Shown here piece after piece: positions 26,491 to 39,900 of a stretch of DNA of 64,000 nt. Position numbers and translations under genes: made by a program. Position 1 is the first letter of the stretch. Each line of letters starts with the position of its first letter. Source of the stretch: the human T2T-CHM13v2.0 reference genome, Homo sapiens; the NCBI RefSeq assembly GCF_009914755.1, contig NC_060932.1; one strand, written 5' to 3'. Under the pieces are notes generated by a model that saw nothing but the letters and a program-made list of their open reading frames with translations, searched no databases and was not told the DNA's origin.

Positions 26491-29400
26491 CTAACTGTGC
26501 TGAACATTTCTATTGATAGAGCAGTTTTGAGACACTCTTCTTTTGGAATCTGCAAGTGGATATTTTGATAGATTTGAGGATTTCGTTGGAAACGGGATTA
26601 TATATAAAAAGTAGACAGCAGCATTCTCAGAAACTTCTTTGTGATGTTTGCATCCAGCTCTCAGAGTTGAACATTCCCTTTCATAGAGTAGGTTTGAAAC
26701 CCTCTTTTTATAGTGTCTGGAAGCGGGCATTTGGAGCGCTTTCAGGCCTATGCTGAAAAAGGAAATATCTACATATAGAAACTAGACAGAAGCATTCTGA
26801 GAATCAAGTTTGTGATGTGGGTACTCAACTAACAGTGTTGATCCATTCTTTTGATACAGCAGTTTTGAACCACACTTTTTGTAGAATCTGCAAGTGGATA
26901 TTTGGATAGCTGTGAGGATTTCGTTGGAAACGGGAATGTCTTCATAGAAAATTTAGAGAGAAGCATTCTCAGAACCTTGATTGTGATGTGTGTTCTCCAC
27001 TAACAGAGTTGAACCTTTCTTTTGACAGAACTGTTCTGAAACATTCTTTTTATAGAATCTGGAAGTGGATATTTGGAAAGCTTTGAGGATTTCGTTGGAA
27101 ACGGGAATATCTTCAAATAAAATCTAGCCAGAAGCATTCTAAGAAACATCTTAGGGATGTTTACATTCAAGTCACAGAGTTGAACATTCCCTTTCACAGA
27201 GCAGGTTTGAAACAATCTTCTCGTACTATCTGGCAGTGGACATTTTGAGCTCTTTGGGGCCTATGCTGAAAAAGGAAATATCTTCCGACAAAAACTAGTC
27301 AGAAGCATTCGCAGAATCACGTTTGTGATGTGTGCACTCAACTGTCAGAATTGAACCTTGGTTTGGAGAGAGCACTTTTGAAACACACTTTTTGTAGAAT
27401 CTGCAGGTGGATATTTGGCTAGCTTTGAGGATTTCGTTGGAAACGGTAATGTCTTCAAAGAAAATCTAGACAGAAGCATTCTCAGAAATACCTTCGTGAT
27501 GTTTGCAATCAAGTCACAGAGTTGAACCTTCCGTTTCATAGAGCAGGTTGGAAACACACTTTTTGTAGTATCTGGAAGTGGACATTTGGAGGGCTTTGTA
27601 GCCTATCTGGAAAAAGGAAATATCTTCCCATGAATGCGAGATAGATGTAATCTCAGAAACATGTTTATGCTGTATCTACTCAACTAACTGTGCTGAACAT
27701 TTCTATTGATAGAGCAGTTTTGAGACACTCTTCTTTTGGAATCTGCAAGTGGATATTTGGATAGATTTGAGGATTTCGTTGGAAACGGGATTATATATAA
27801 AAAGTAGACAGCAGCATTCTCAGAAACTTCTTTGTGATGTTTGCATCCAGCTCTCAGAGTTGAACATTCCCTTTCATAGAGTAGGTTTGAAACCCTCTTT
27901 TTATAGTGTCTGGAAGCGGGCATTTGGAGCGCTTTCAGGCCTATGCTGAAAAAGGAAATATCTACCTATAGAAACTAGACAGAAGCATTCTGAGAATCAC
28001 GTTTCTGATGTGGGTACTCAACTAACAGTGTTGATCCATTCTTTTGATACAGCAGTTTTGAACCACACTTTTTGTAGAATCTGCAAGTGGATATTTGGAT
28101 AGCTGTGAGGATTTCGTTGGAAACGGGAATGTCTTCATAGAAAATTTAGACAGAAGCATTCTCAGAACCTTGATTGTGATGTGTGTTCTCCACTAACAGA
28201 GTTGAACCTTTCTTTTGACAGAACTGTTCTGAAACATTCTTTTTATAGAATCTGGAAGTGGATATTTGGAAAGCTTTGAGGATTTCGTTGGAAACGGGAA
28301 TATCTTCAAATAAAATCTAGCCAGAAGCATTCTAAGAAACAGCTTAGGGATGTTTACATTCAAGTCACAGAGTTGAACATTCCCTTTCACAGAGCAGGTT
28401 TGAAACAATCTTCTCGTACTATCTGGCAGTGGACATTTTGAGCTCCTTGGGGCCTATGCTGAAAAAGGAAATATCTTCCGACAAAAACTAGACAGAAGCA
28501 TTCGCAGAATCACGTTTGTGATGTGTGCACTCAACTGTCAGAATTGAACCTTGGTTTGGAGATTGCACTCTTGAAACACTCTTTTTGTAGAATCTGCAGG
28601 TGGATATTTGGCTAGCTTTGAGGATTTCGTTGGAAACGGTAATGTCTTCAAAGAAAATCTAGACAGAAGCATTCTCAGAAACACCTTCGTGATGTTTGCA
28701 ATCAAGTCACAGAGTTGAACCTTCCGTTTCATAGAGCAGGTTGGAAACACTCTTTTTGTAGTATCTGGAAGTGGACATTTGGAGTGCTTTCAGGCCTATG
28801 GTGAAAAAGGAAATATCTTCCCATAAAAACGACATAGAAGCTATCTCAGGAACTTGTTTATGATGCATCTAATCAACTAACAGTGTTGAACCTTTGTACT
28901 GACAGAGCAGTTTGAAACACTCTTTTTTTGGAATCTGCAAGTGGATATTTGGATCGCTTTGAGGATTTCGTTGGAAACGGGATGCAATATAAAACGTACA
29001 CAGCAGCATACTCAGAAAATACTTTGCCATATTTCCATTCAAGTCACAGAGTGGAACATTCCCATTCATAGAGCAGGTTTGAAACACTCTTTTTGGAGTA
29101 TCTGGAAGTGGACATTTGGAGCGCTTTCTGAACTATGGTGAAAAAGGAAATATCTTCCAATGAAAACAAGACAGAAGCATTCTGAGAAACTTATTTGTGA
29201 TGTGTGTCCTCAACAAACGGACTTGAACCTTTCGTTTCATGCAGTACTTCTGGAACACTCTTTTTGAAGATTCTGCATGCGGATATTTGGATAGCTTTGA
29301 GGATTTCGTTGGAAACGGGCTTACATGTAAAAATTAGACAGCAGCATTCTCAGAAACTTCTTTGTGGTATCTGCATTCAAGTCACAGAATTGAACATCCC

Positions 29401-32400
29401 CTCACATAGAGCAGTTGTGCAGCACTCTATTTGTAGTATCTGGAAGTGGACATTTGGAGGGCTTTGTAGCCTATCTGGAAAAAGGAAATATCTTCCCATG
29501 AATGCGAGATAGAAGTAATCTCAGAAACATGTTTATGCTGTATCTACTCAACTAACTGTGCTGAACATTTCTATTGATAGAGCAGTTTTGAGACACTCTT
29601 CTTTTGGAATCTGCAAGTGGATATTTGGATAGATTTGAGGATTTCGTTGGAAACGGGATTATATATAAAAAGTAGACAGCAGCATTCTCAGAAACTTCTT
29701 TGTGATGTTTGCATCCAGCTCTCAGAGTTGAACATTCCCTTTCATAGAGTAGGTTTGAAACCCTCTTTTTATAGTGTCTGGAAGCGGGCATTTGGAGCGC
29801 TTTCAGGCCTATGCTTAAAATAGGAAATATCTACCTACAGAAACTAGACAGAAGCATTCTGAGAATCACGTTTGTGATGTGGGTACTCAACTAACAGTGT
29901 TGATCCATTCTTTTGATACAGCAGTTTTGAACCACACTTTTTGTAGAATCTGCAAGAGGATATTTGGATAGCTGTGAGGATTTCGTTGGAAACGGGAATG
30001 TCTTCAAAGAAAATCTAGACAGAAGCATTCTCAGAAACACCTTCGTGATGTTTGCAATCAAGTCACAGAGTTGAACCTTCCGTTTCATAGAGCAGGTTGG
30101 AAACACTCTTATTGTAGTATCTGGAAGGGGACATTTGGAGCGCTTTCAGGCCTATGGTGAAAAAGGAAATATCTTCCCATAAAAACGACATAGAAGCTAT
30201 CTCAGGAACTTGTTTATGATGCATCTAATCAACTAACAGTGTTGAACCTTTGTACTGACAGAGCACTTTGAAACACTCTTTTTTTGGAATCTGCAAGTGG
30301 ATATTTGGATCGCTTTGAGGATTTCGTTGGAAACGGGATGCAATATAAAACGTACACAGCAGCATACTCAGAAAATACTTTGCCATATTTCCATTCAAGT
30401 CACAGAGTGGAACATTCCCATTCATAGAGCAGGTTTGAAACACTCTTTTTGGAGTATCTGGAAGTGGACATTTGGAGCGCTTTCTGAACTATGGTGAAAA
30501 AGGAAATATCTTCCAATGAAAACAAGACAGAAGCATTCTGAGAAACTTATTTGTGATGTGTGTCCTCAACAAACGGACTTGAACCTTTCGTTTCATGCAG
30601 TACTTCTGGAACACTCTTTTTGAAGATTCTGCATGCGGATATTTGGATAGCTTTGAGGATTTCGTTGGAAACGGGCTTACATGTAAAAATTAGACAGCAG
30701 CATTCTCAGAAACTTCTTTGTGGTGTCTGCATTCAAGTCACAGAGTTGAACTTCCCCTCACATAGAGCAGTTGTGCAGCACTATATTTGTAGTATCTGGA
30801 AGTGGACATTTGGAGGGCTTTGTAGCCTATCTGGAAAAAGGAAATATCTTCCCATGAATGCGAGATAGAAGTAATCTCAGAAACATGTTTATGCTGTATC
30901 TACTCAACTAACTGTGCTGAACATTTCTATTGATAGAGCAGTTTTGAGACCCTCTTCTTTTGGAATCTGCAAGTGGATATTTGGATAGATTTGAGGATTT
31001 CGTTGGAAACGGGATTATATATAAAAAGTAGACAGCAGCATTCTCAGAAACTTCTTTGTGATGTTTGCATCCAGCTCTCAGAGTTGAACATTCCCTTTCA
31101 TAGAGTAGGTTTGAAACCCTCTTTTTATAGTGTCTGGAAGCGGGCATTTGGAGCGCTTTCAGGCCTATGCTGAAAAAGGAAATATCTACATATAGAAACT
31201 AGACAGAAGCATTCTGAGAATCAAGTTTGTGATGTGGGTACTCAACTAACAGTGTTGATCCATTCTTTTGATACAGCAGTTTTGAACCACACTTTTTGTA
31301 GAATCTGCAAGTGGATATTTGGATAGCTGTGAGGATTTCGTTGGAAACGGGAATGTCTTCATAGAAAATTTAGACAGAAGCATTCTCAGAACCTTGATTG
31401 TGATGTGTGTTCTCCACTAACAGAGTTGAACCTTTCTTTTGACAGAACTGTTCTGAAACATTCTTTTTATAGGATCTGGAAGTGGATATTTGGAAAGCTT
31501 TGAGGATTTCGTTGGAAACGGGAATATCTTCAAATAAAATCTAGCCAGAAGCATTCTAAGAAACATCTTAGGGATGTTTACATTCAAGTCACAGAGTTGA
31601 ACATTCCCTTTCACAGAGCAGGTTTGAAACAATCTTCTCGTACTATCTGGCAGTGGACATTTTGAGCTCTTTGGGGCCTATGCTGAAAAAGGAAATATCT
31701 TCCGACAAAAACTAGTCAGAAGCATTCGCAGAATCACGTTTGTGATGTGTGCACTCAACTGTCAGAAGTGAACCTTGGTTTGGAGAGAGCACTTTTGAAA
31801 CACACTTTTTGTAGAATCTGCAGGTGGATATTTGGCTAGCTTTGAGGATTTCGTTGGAAACGGTAATGTCTTCAAAGAAAATCTAGACAGAAGCATTCTC
31901 AGAAACACCTTCGTGATGTTTGCAATCAAGTCACAGAGTTGAACCTTCCGTTTCATAGAGCAGGTTGGAAACACACTTTTTGTAGTATCTGGAAGTGGAC
32001 ATTTGGAGGGCTTTGTAGCCTATCTGGAAAAAGGAAATATCTTCCCATGAATGCGAGATAGATGTAATCTCAGAAACATGTTTATGCTGTATCTACTCAA
32101 CTAACTGTGCTGAACATTTCTATTGATAGAGCAGTTTTGAGACACTCTTCTTTTGGAATCTGCAAGTGGATATTTGGATAGATTTGAGGATTTCGTTGGA
32201 AACGGGATTATATATAAAAAGTAGACAGCAGCATTCTCAGAAACTTCTTTGTGATGTTTGCATCCAGCTCTCAGAGTTGAACATTCCCTTTCATAGAGTA
32301 GGTTTGAAACCCTCTTTTTATAGTGTCTAGAAGCGGGCATTTGGAGCGCTTACAGGCCTATGCTTAAAATAGGAAATATCCACCTACAGAAACTAGACAG

Positions 32401-33969
32401 AAGCATTCTGAGAATCACGTTTGTGATGTGGGTACTCAACTAACAGTGTTGATCCATTCTTTTGATACAGCAGTTTTGAACCACACTTTTTGTAGAATCT
32501 GCAAGTGGATATTTGGATAGCTGTGAGGATTTCGTTGGAAACGGGAATGTCTTCATAGAAAATTTAGACAGAAGCATTCTCAGAACCTTGATTGTGATGT
32601 GTGTTCTCCACTAACAGAGTTGAACCTTTCTTTTGACAGAACTGTTCTGAAACATTCTTTTTATAGAATCTGAAAGTGGATATTTGGAAAGCTTTGAGGA
32701 TTTCGTTGGAAACGGGAATATCTTCAAATCAAATCTAGCCAGAAGCATTCTAAGAAACATCTTAGGGATGTTTACATTCAAGTCACAGAGTTGAACATTC
32801 CCTTTCACAGAGCAGGTTTGAAACAATCTTCTCGTACTATCTGGCAGTGGACATTTTGAGCTCCTTGGGGCCTATGCTGAAAAAGGAAATATCTTCCGAC
32901 AAAAACTAGACAGAAGCATTCGCAGAATCACGTTTGTGATGTGTGCACTCAACTGTCAGAATTGAACCTTGGTTTGGACAGAGCACTTTTGAAACACTCT
33001 TTTTGTAGAATCTGCAGGTGGATATTTGGCTAGCTTTGAGGATTTCGTTGGAAACGGTAATGTCTTCAAAGAAAATCTAGACAGAAGCATTCTCAGAAAC
33101 ACCTTCGTGATGTTTGCAATCAAGTCACAGAGTTGAACCTTCCGTTTCATAGAGCAGGTTGGAAACACTCTTTTTGTAGTATCTGGAAGTGGACATTTGG
33201 AGCACTTTCAGGCCTATGGTGAAAAAGGAAATATCTTCCCATAAAAACGACATAGAAGCTATCTCAGGAACTTGTTTATGATGCATCTAATCAACTAACA
33301 GTGTTGAACCTTTGTACTGACAGAGCAGTTTGAAACACTCTTTTTTTGGAATCTGCAAGTGGATATTTGGATCGCTTTGAGGATTTCGTTGGAAACGGGA
33401 TGCAATATAAAACGTACACAGCAGCATACTCAGAAAATACTTTGCCATATTTCCATTCAAGTCACAGAGTGGAACATTCCCATTCATAGAGCAGGTTTGA
33501 AACACTCTTTTTGGAGTATCTGGAAGTGGACATTTGGAGCGCTTTCTGAACTATGGTGAAAAAGGAAATAACTTCCAATGAAAACAAGACAGAAGCATTC
33601 TGAGAAACTTATTTGTGATGTGTGTCCTCAACAAACGGACTTGAACCTTTCGTTTCATGCAGTACTTCTGGAACACTCTTTTTGAAGATTCTGCATGCGG
33701 ATATTTGGATAGCTTTGAGGATTTCGTTGGAAACGGGCTTACATGTAAAAATTAGACAGCAGCATTCTCAGAAACTTCTTTGTGGTGTCTGCATTCAAGT
33801 CACAGAATTGAACTTCCCCTCACATAGAGCAGTTGTGCAGCACTCTATTTGTAGTATCTGGAAGTGGACATTTGGAGGGCTTTGTAGCCTATCTGGAAAA
33901 AGGAAATATCTTCCCATGAATGCGAGATAGAAGTAATCTCAGAAACATGTTTATGCTGTATCTACTCAA
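25135..33969 (+). repeat. Two tandem 8-7-11 blocks (~4417 bp, 26 monomers)
   Basis: Anchors 25135, 29552 and 33970. Both 7-mers share the ACATATAG, GAATCAAG, ACTAGTCAG and GATGTAAT variants. Confidence 0.85.
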
Positions 33970-36900
33970 CTAACTGTGCTGAACATTTCTATTGATAGAG
34001 CAGTTTTGAGACACTCTTCCTTTGGAATCTGCAAGTGGATATTTGGATAGATTTGAGGATTTCGTTGGAAACGGGATGATATATAAAAAGTAGACAGCAG
34101 CATTCTCAGAAACTTCTTTGTGATGTTTGCATCCAGCTCTCAGAGTTGAACATTCCCTTTCATAGAGTAGGTTTGAAACCCTCTTTTTATAGTGTCTGGA
34201 AGCGGGCATTTGGAGCGCTTTCAGGCCTATGCTGAAAAAGGAAATATCTACCTATAGAAACTAGACAGAAGCATTCTGAGAATCACGTTTGTGATGTGGG
34301 TACTCAACTAACAGTGTTGATCCATTCTTTTGATACAGCAGTTTTGAACCACACTTTTTGTAGAATCTGCAAGTGGATATTTGGATAGCTGTGAGGATTT
34401 CGTTGGAAACGGGAATGTCTTCATAGAAAATTTAGACAGAAGCATTCTCAGAACCTTGATTGTGATGTGTGTTCTCCACTAACAGAGTTGAACCTTTCTT
34501 TAGACAGAACTGTTCTGAAACATTCTTTTTATAGAATCTGGAAGTGGATATTTGGAAAGCTTTGAGGATTTCGTTGGAAACGGGAATATCTTCAAATAAA
34601 ATCTAGCCAGAAGCATTCTAAGAAACATCTTAGGGATGTTTACATTCAAGTCACAGAGTTGAACATTCCCTTTCACAGAGCAGGTTTGAAACAATCTTCT
34701 CGTACTATCTGGCAGTGGACATTTTGAGCTCCTTGGGGCCTATGCTGAAAAAGGAAATATCTTCCGACAAAAACTAGACAGAAGCATTCGCAGAATCACG
34801 TTTGTGATGTGTGCACTCAACTGTCAGAATTGAACCTTGGTTTGGACAGAGCACTTTTGAAACACTCTTTTTGTAGAATCTGCAGGTGGATATTTGGCTA
34901 GCTTTGAGGATTTCGTTGGAAACGGTAATGTCTTCAAAGAAAATCTAGACAGAAGCATTCTCAGAAACACCTTCGTGATGTTTGCAATCAAGTCACAGAG
35001 TTGAACCTTCCGTTTCATAGAGCAGGTTGGAAACACTCTTTTTGTAGTATCTGGAAGTGGACATTTGGAGCGCTTTCAGGCCTATGGTGAAAAAGGAAAT
35101 ATCTTCCCATAAAAACGACATAGAAGCTATCTCAGGAACTTGTTTATGATGCATCTAATCAACTAACAGTGTTGAACCTTTGTACTGACAGAGCAGTTTG
35201 AAACACTCTTTTTTTGGAATCTGCAAGTGGATATTTGGATCGCTTTGAGGATTTCGTTGGAAACGGGATGCAATATAAAACGTACACAGCAGCATACTCA
35301 GAAAATACTTTGCCATATTTCCATTCAAGTCACAGAGTGGAACATTCCCATTCATAGAGCAGGTTTGAAACACTCTTTTTGGAGTATCTGGAAGTGGACA
35401 TTTGGAGCGCTTTCTGAACTATGGTGAAAAAGGAAATAACTTCCAATGAAAACAAGACAGAAGCATTCTGAGAAACTTATTTGTGATGTGTGTCCTCAAC
35501 AAACGGACTTGAACCTTTCGTTTCATGCAGTACTTCTGGAACACTCTTTTTGAAGATTCTGCATGCGGATATTTGGATAGCTTTGAGGATTTCGTTGGAA
35601 ACGGGCTTACATGTAAAAATTAGACAGCAGCATTCTCAGAAACTTCTTTGTGGTGTCTGCATTCAAGTCACAGAATTGAACTTCCCCTCACATAGAGCAG
35701 TTGTGCAGCACTCTATTTGTAGTATCTGGAAGTGGACATTTGGAGGGCTTTGTAGCCTATCTGGAAAAAGGAAATATCTTCCCATGAATGCGAGATAGAA
35801 GTAATCTCAGAAACATGTTTATGCTGTATCTACTCAACTAACTGTGCTGAACATTTCTATTGATAGAGCAGTTTTGAGACACTCTTCTTTTGGAATCTGC
35901 AAGTGGATATTTGGATAGATTTGAGGATTTCGTTGGAAACGGGATTATATATAAAAAGTAGACAGCAGCATTCTCAGAAACTTCTTTGTGATGTTTGCAT
36001 CCAGCTCTCAGAGTTGAACATTCCCTTTCATAGAGTAGGTTTGAAACCCTCTTTTTATAGTGTCTGGAAGCGGGCATTTGGAGCGCTTTCAGGCCTATGC
36101 TGAAAAAGGAGATATCTACCTATAGAAACTAGACAGAAGCATTCTGAGAATCACGTTTGTGATGTGGGTACTCAACTAACAGTGTTGATCCATTCTTTTG
36201 ATACAGCAGTTTTGAACCACACTTTTTGTAGAATCTGCAAGTGGATATTTGGATAGCTGTGAGGATTTCGTTGGAAACGGGAATGTCTTCATAGAAAATT
36301 TAGAGAGAAGCATTCTCAGAACCTTGATTGTGATGTGTGTTCTCCACTAACAGAGTTGAACCTTTCTTTTGACAGAACTGTTCTGAAACATTCTTTTTAT
36401 AGAATCTGGAAGTGGATATTTGGAAAGCTTTGAGGATTTCGTTGGAAACGGGAATATCTTCAAATAAAATCTAGCCAGAAGCATTCTAAGAAACATCTTA
36501 GGGATGTTTACATTCAAGTCACAGAGTTGAACATTCCCTTTCACAGAGCAGGTTTGAAACAATCTTCTCGTACTATCTGGCAGTGGACATTTTGAGCTCT
36601 TTGGGGCCTATGCTGAAAAAGGAAATATCTTCCGACAAAAACTAGACAGAAGCATTCGCAGAATCACGTTTGTGATGTGTGCACTCAACTGTCAGAATTG
36701 AACCTTGGTTTGGAGAGAGCACTTTTGAAACACTCTTTTTGTAGAATCTGCAGGTGGATATTTGGCTAGCTTTGAGGATTTCGTTGGAAACGGTAATGTC
36801 TTCAAAGAAAATCTAGACAGAAGCATTCTCAGAAACACCTTCGTGATGTTTGCAATCAAGTCACAGAGTTGAACCTTCCGTTTCATAGAGCAGGTTGGAA

Positions 36901-39900
36901 ACACACTTTTTGTAGTATCTGGAAGTGGACATTTGGAGGGCTTTGTAGCCTATCTGGAAAAAGGAAATATCTTCCCATGAATGCGAGATAGAAGTAATCT
37001 CAGAAACATGTTTATGCTGTATCTACTCAACTAACTGTGCTGAACATTTCTATTGATAGAGCAGTTTTGAGACACTCTTCTTTTGGAATCTGCAAGTGGA
37101 TATTTGGATAGATTTGAGGATTTCGTTGGAAACGGGATTATATATAAAAAGTAGACAGCAGCATTCTCAGAAACTTCTTTGTGATGTTTGCATCCAGCTC
37201 CCAGAGTTGAACATTCCCTTTCATAGAGTAGGTTTGAAACCCTCTTTTTATAGTGTCTGGAAGCGGGCATTTGGAGCGCTTTCAGGCCTATGCTGAAAAA
37301 GGAAATATCTACCTATAGAAACTAGACAGAAGCATTCTGAGAATCACGTTTGTGATGTGGGTACTCAACTAACAGTGTTGATCCATTCTTTTGATACAGC
37401 AGTTTTGAACCACACTTTTTGTAGAATCTGCAAGTGGATATTTGGATAGCTGTGAGGATTTCGTTGGAAACGGGAATGTCTTCATAGAAAATTTAGACAG
37501 AAGCATTCTCAGAACCTTGATTGTGATGTGTGTTCTCCACTAACAGAGTTGAACCTTTCTTTTGACAGAACTGTTCTGAAACATTCTTTTTATAGAATCT
37601 GGAAGTGGATATTTGGAAAGCTTTGAGGATTTCGTTGGAAACGGGAATATCTTCAAATCAAATCTAGCCAGAAGCATTCTAAGAAACAGCTTAGGGATGT
37701 TTACATTCAAGTCACAGAGTTGAACATTCCCTTTCACAGAGCAGGTTTGAAACAATCTTCTCGTACTATCTGGCAGTGGACATTTTGAGCTCTTTGGGGC
37801 CTATGCTGAAAAAGGAAATATCTTCCGACAAAAACTAGACAGAAGCATTCGCAGAATCACGTTTGTGATGTGTGCACTCAACTGTCAGAATTGAACCTTG
37901 GTTTGGACAGAGCACTTTTGAAACACTCTTTTTGTAGAATCTGCAGGTGGATATTTGGCTAGCTTTGAGGATTTCGTTGGAAACGGTAATGTCTTCAAAG
38001 AAAATCTAGACAGAAGCATTCTCAGAAACAACTTCGTGATGTTTGCAATCAAGTCACAGAGTTGAACCTTCCGTTTCATAGAGCAGGTTGGAAACACACT
38101 TTTTGTAGTATCTGGAAGTGGACATTTGGAGGGCTTTGTAGCCTATCTGGAAAAAGGAAATATCTTCCCATGAATGCGAGATAGAAGTAATCTCAGAAAC
38201 ATGTTTATGCTGTATCTACTCAACTAACTGTGCTGAACATTTCTATTGATAGAGCAGTTTTGAGACACTCTTCTTTTGGAATCTGCAAGTGGATATTTGG
38301 ATAGATTTGAGGATTTCGTTGGAAACGGGATTATATATAAAAAGTAGACAGCAGCATTCTCAGAAACTTCTTTGTGATGTTTGCATCCAGCTCTCAGAGT
38401 TGAACATTCCCTTTCATAGAGTAGGTTTGAAACCCTCTTTTTATAGTGTCTGGAAGCGGGCATTTGGAGCGCTTTCAGGCCTATGCTTAAAATAGGAAAT
38501 ATCTACGTACAGAAACTAGACAGAAGCATTCTGAGAATCACGTTTGTGATGTGGGTACTCAACTAACAGTGTTGATCCATTCTTTTGATACAGCAGTTTT
38601 GAACCACACTTTTTGTAGAATCTGCAAGAGGATATTTGGATAGCTGTGAGGATTTCGTTGGAAACGGGAATGTCTTCAAAGAAAATCTAGACAGAAGCAT
38701 TCTCAGAAACACCTTCGTGATGTTTGCAATCAAGTCACAGAGTTGAACCTTCCGTTTCATAGAGCAGGTTGGAAACACTCTTATTGTAGTATCTGGAAGT
38801 GGACATTTGGAGCGCTTTCAGGCCTATGGTGAAAAAGGAAATATCTTCCCATAAAAACGACATAGAAGCTATCTCAGGAACTTGTTTATGATGCATCTAA
38901 TCAACTAACAGTGTTGAACCTTTGTACTGACAGAGCACTTTGAAACACTCTTTTTTTGGAATCTGCAAGTGGATATTTGGATCGCTTTGAGGATTTCGTT
39001 GGAAACGGGATGCAATATAAAACGTACACAGCAGCATACTCAGAAAATACTTTGCCATATTTCCATTCAAGTCACAGAGTGGAACATTCCCATTCATAGA
39101 GCAGGTTGGAAACACTCTTTTTGGAGTATCTGGAAGTGGACATTTGGAGCGCTTTCTGAACTATGGTGAAAAAGGAAATATCTTCCAATGAAAACAAGAC
39201 AGAAGCATTCTGAGAAACTTATTTGTGATGTGTGTCCTCAACAAACGGACTTGAATCTTTCGTTTCATGCAGTACTTCTGGAACACTCTTTTTGAAGATT
39301 CTGCATGCGGATATTTGGATAGCTTTGAGGATTTCGTTGGAAACGGGCTTACATGTAAAAATTAGACAGCAGCATTCTCAGAAACTTCTTTGTGGTGTCT
39401 GCATTCAAGTCACAGAATTGAACTTCCCCTCACATAGAGCAGTTGTGCAGCACTCTATTTGTAGTATCTGGAAGTGGACATTTGGAGGGCTTTGTAGCCT
39501 ATCTGGAAAAAGGAAATATCTTCCCATGAATGCGAGATAGAAGTAATCTCAGAAACATGTTTATGCTGTATCTACTCAACTAACTGTGCTGAACATTTCT
39601 ATTGATAGAGCAGTTTTGAGACCCTCTTCTTTTGGAATCTGCAAGTGGATATTTGGATAGATTTGAGGATTTCGTTGGAAACGGGATTATATATAAAAAG
39701 TAGACAGCAGCATTCTCAGAAACTTCTTTGTGATGTTTGCATCCAGCTCTCAGAGTTGAACATTCCCTTTCATAGAGTAGGTTTGAAACCCTCTTTTTAT
39801 AGTGTCTGGAAGCGGGCATTTGGAGCGCTTTCAGGCCTATGCTGAAAAAGGAAATATCTACCTATAGAAACTAGACAGAAGCATTCTGAGAATCACGTTT

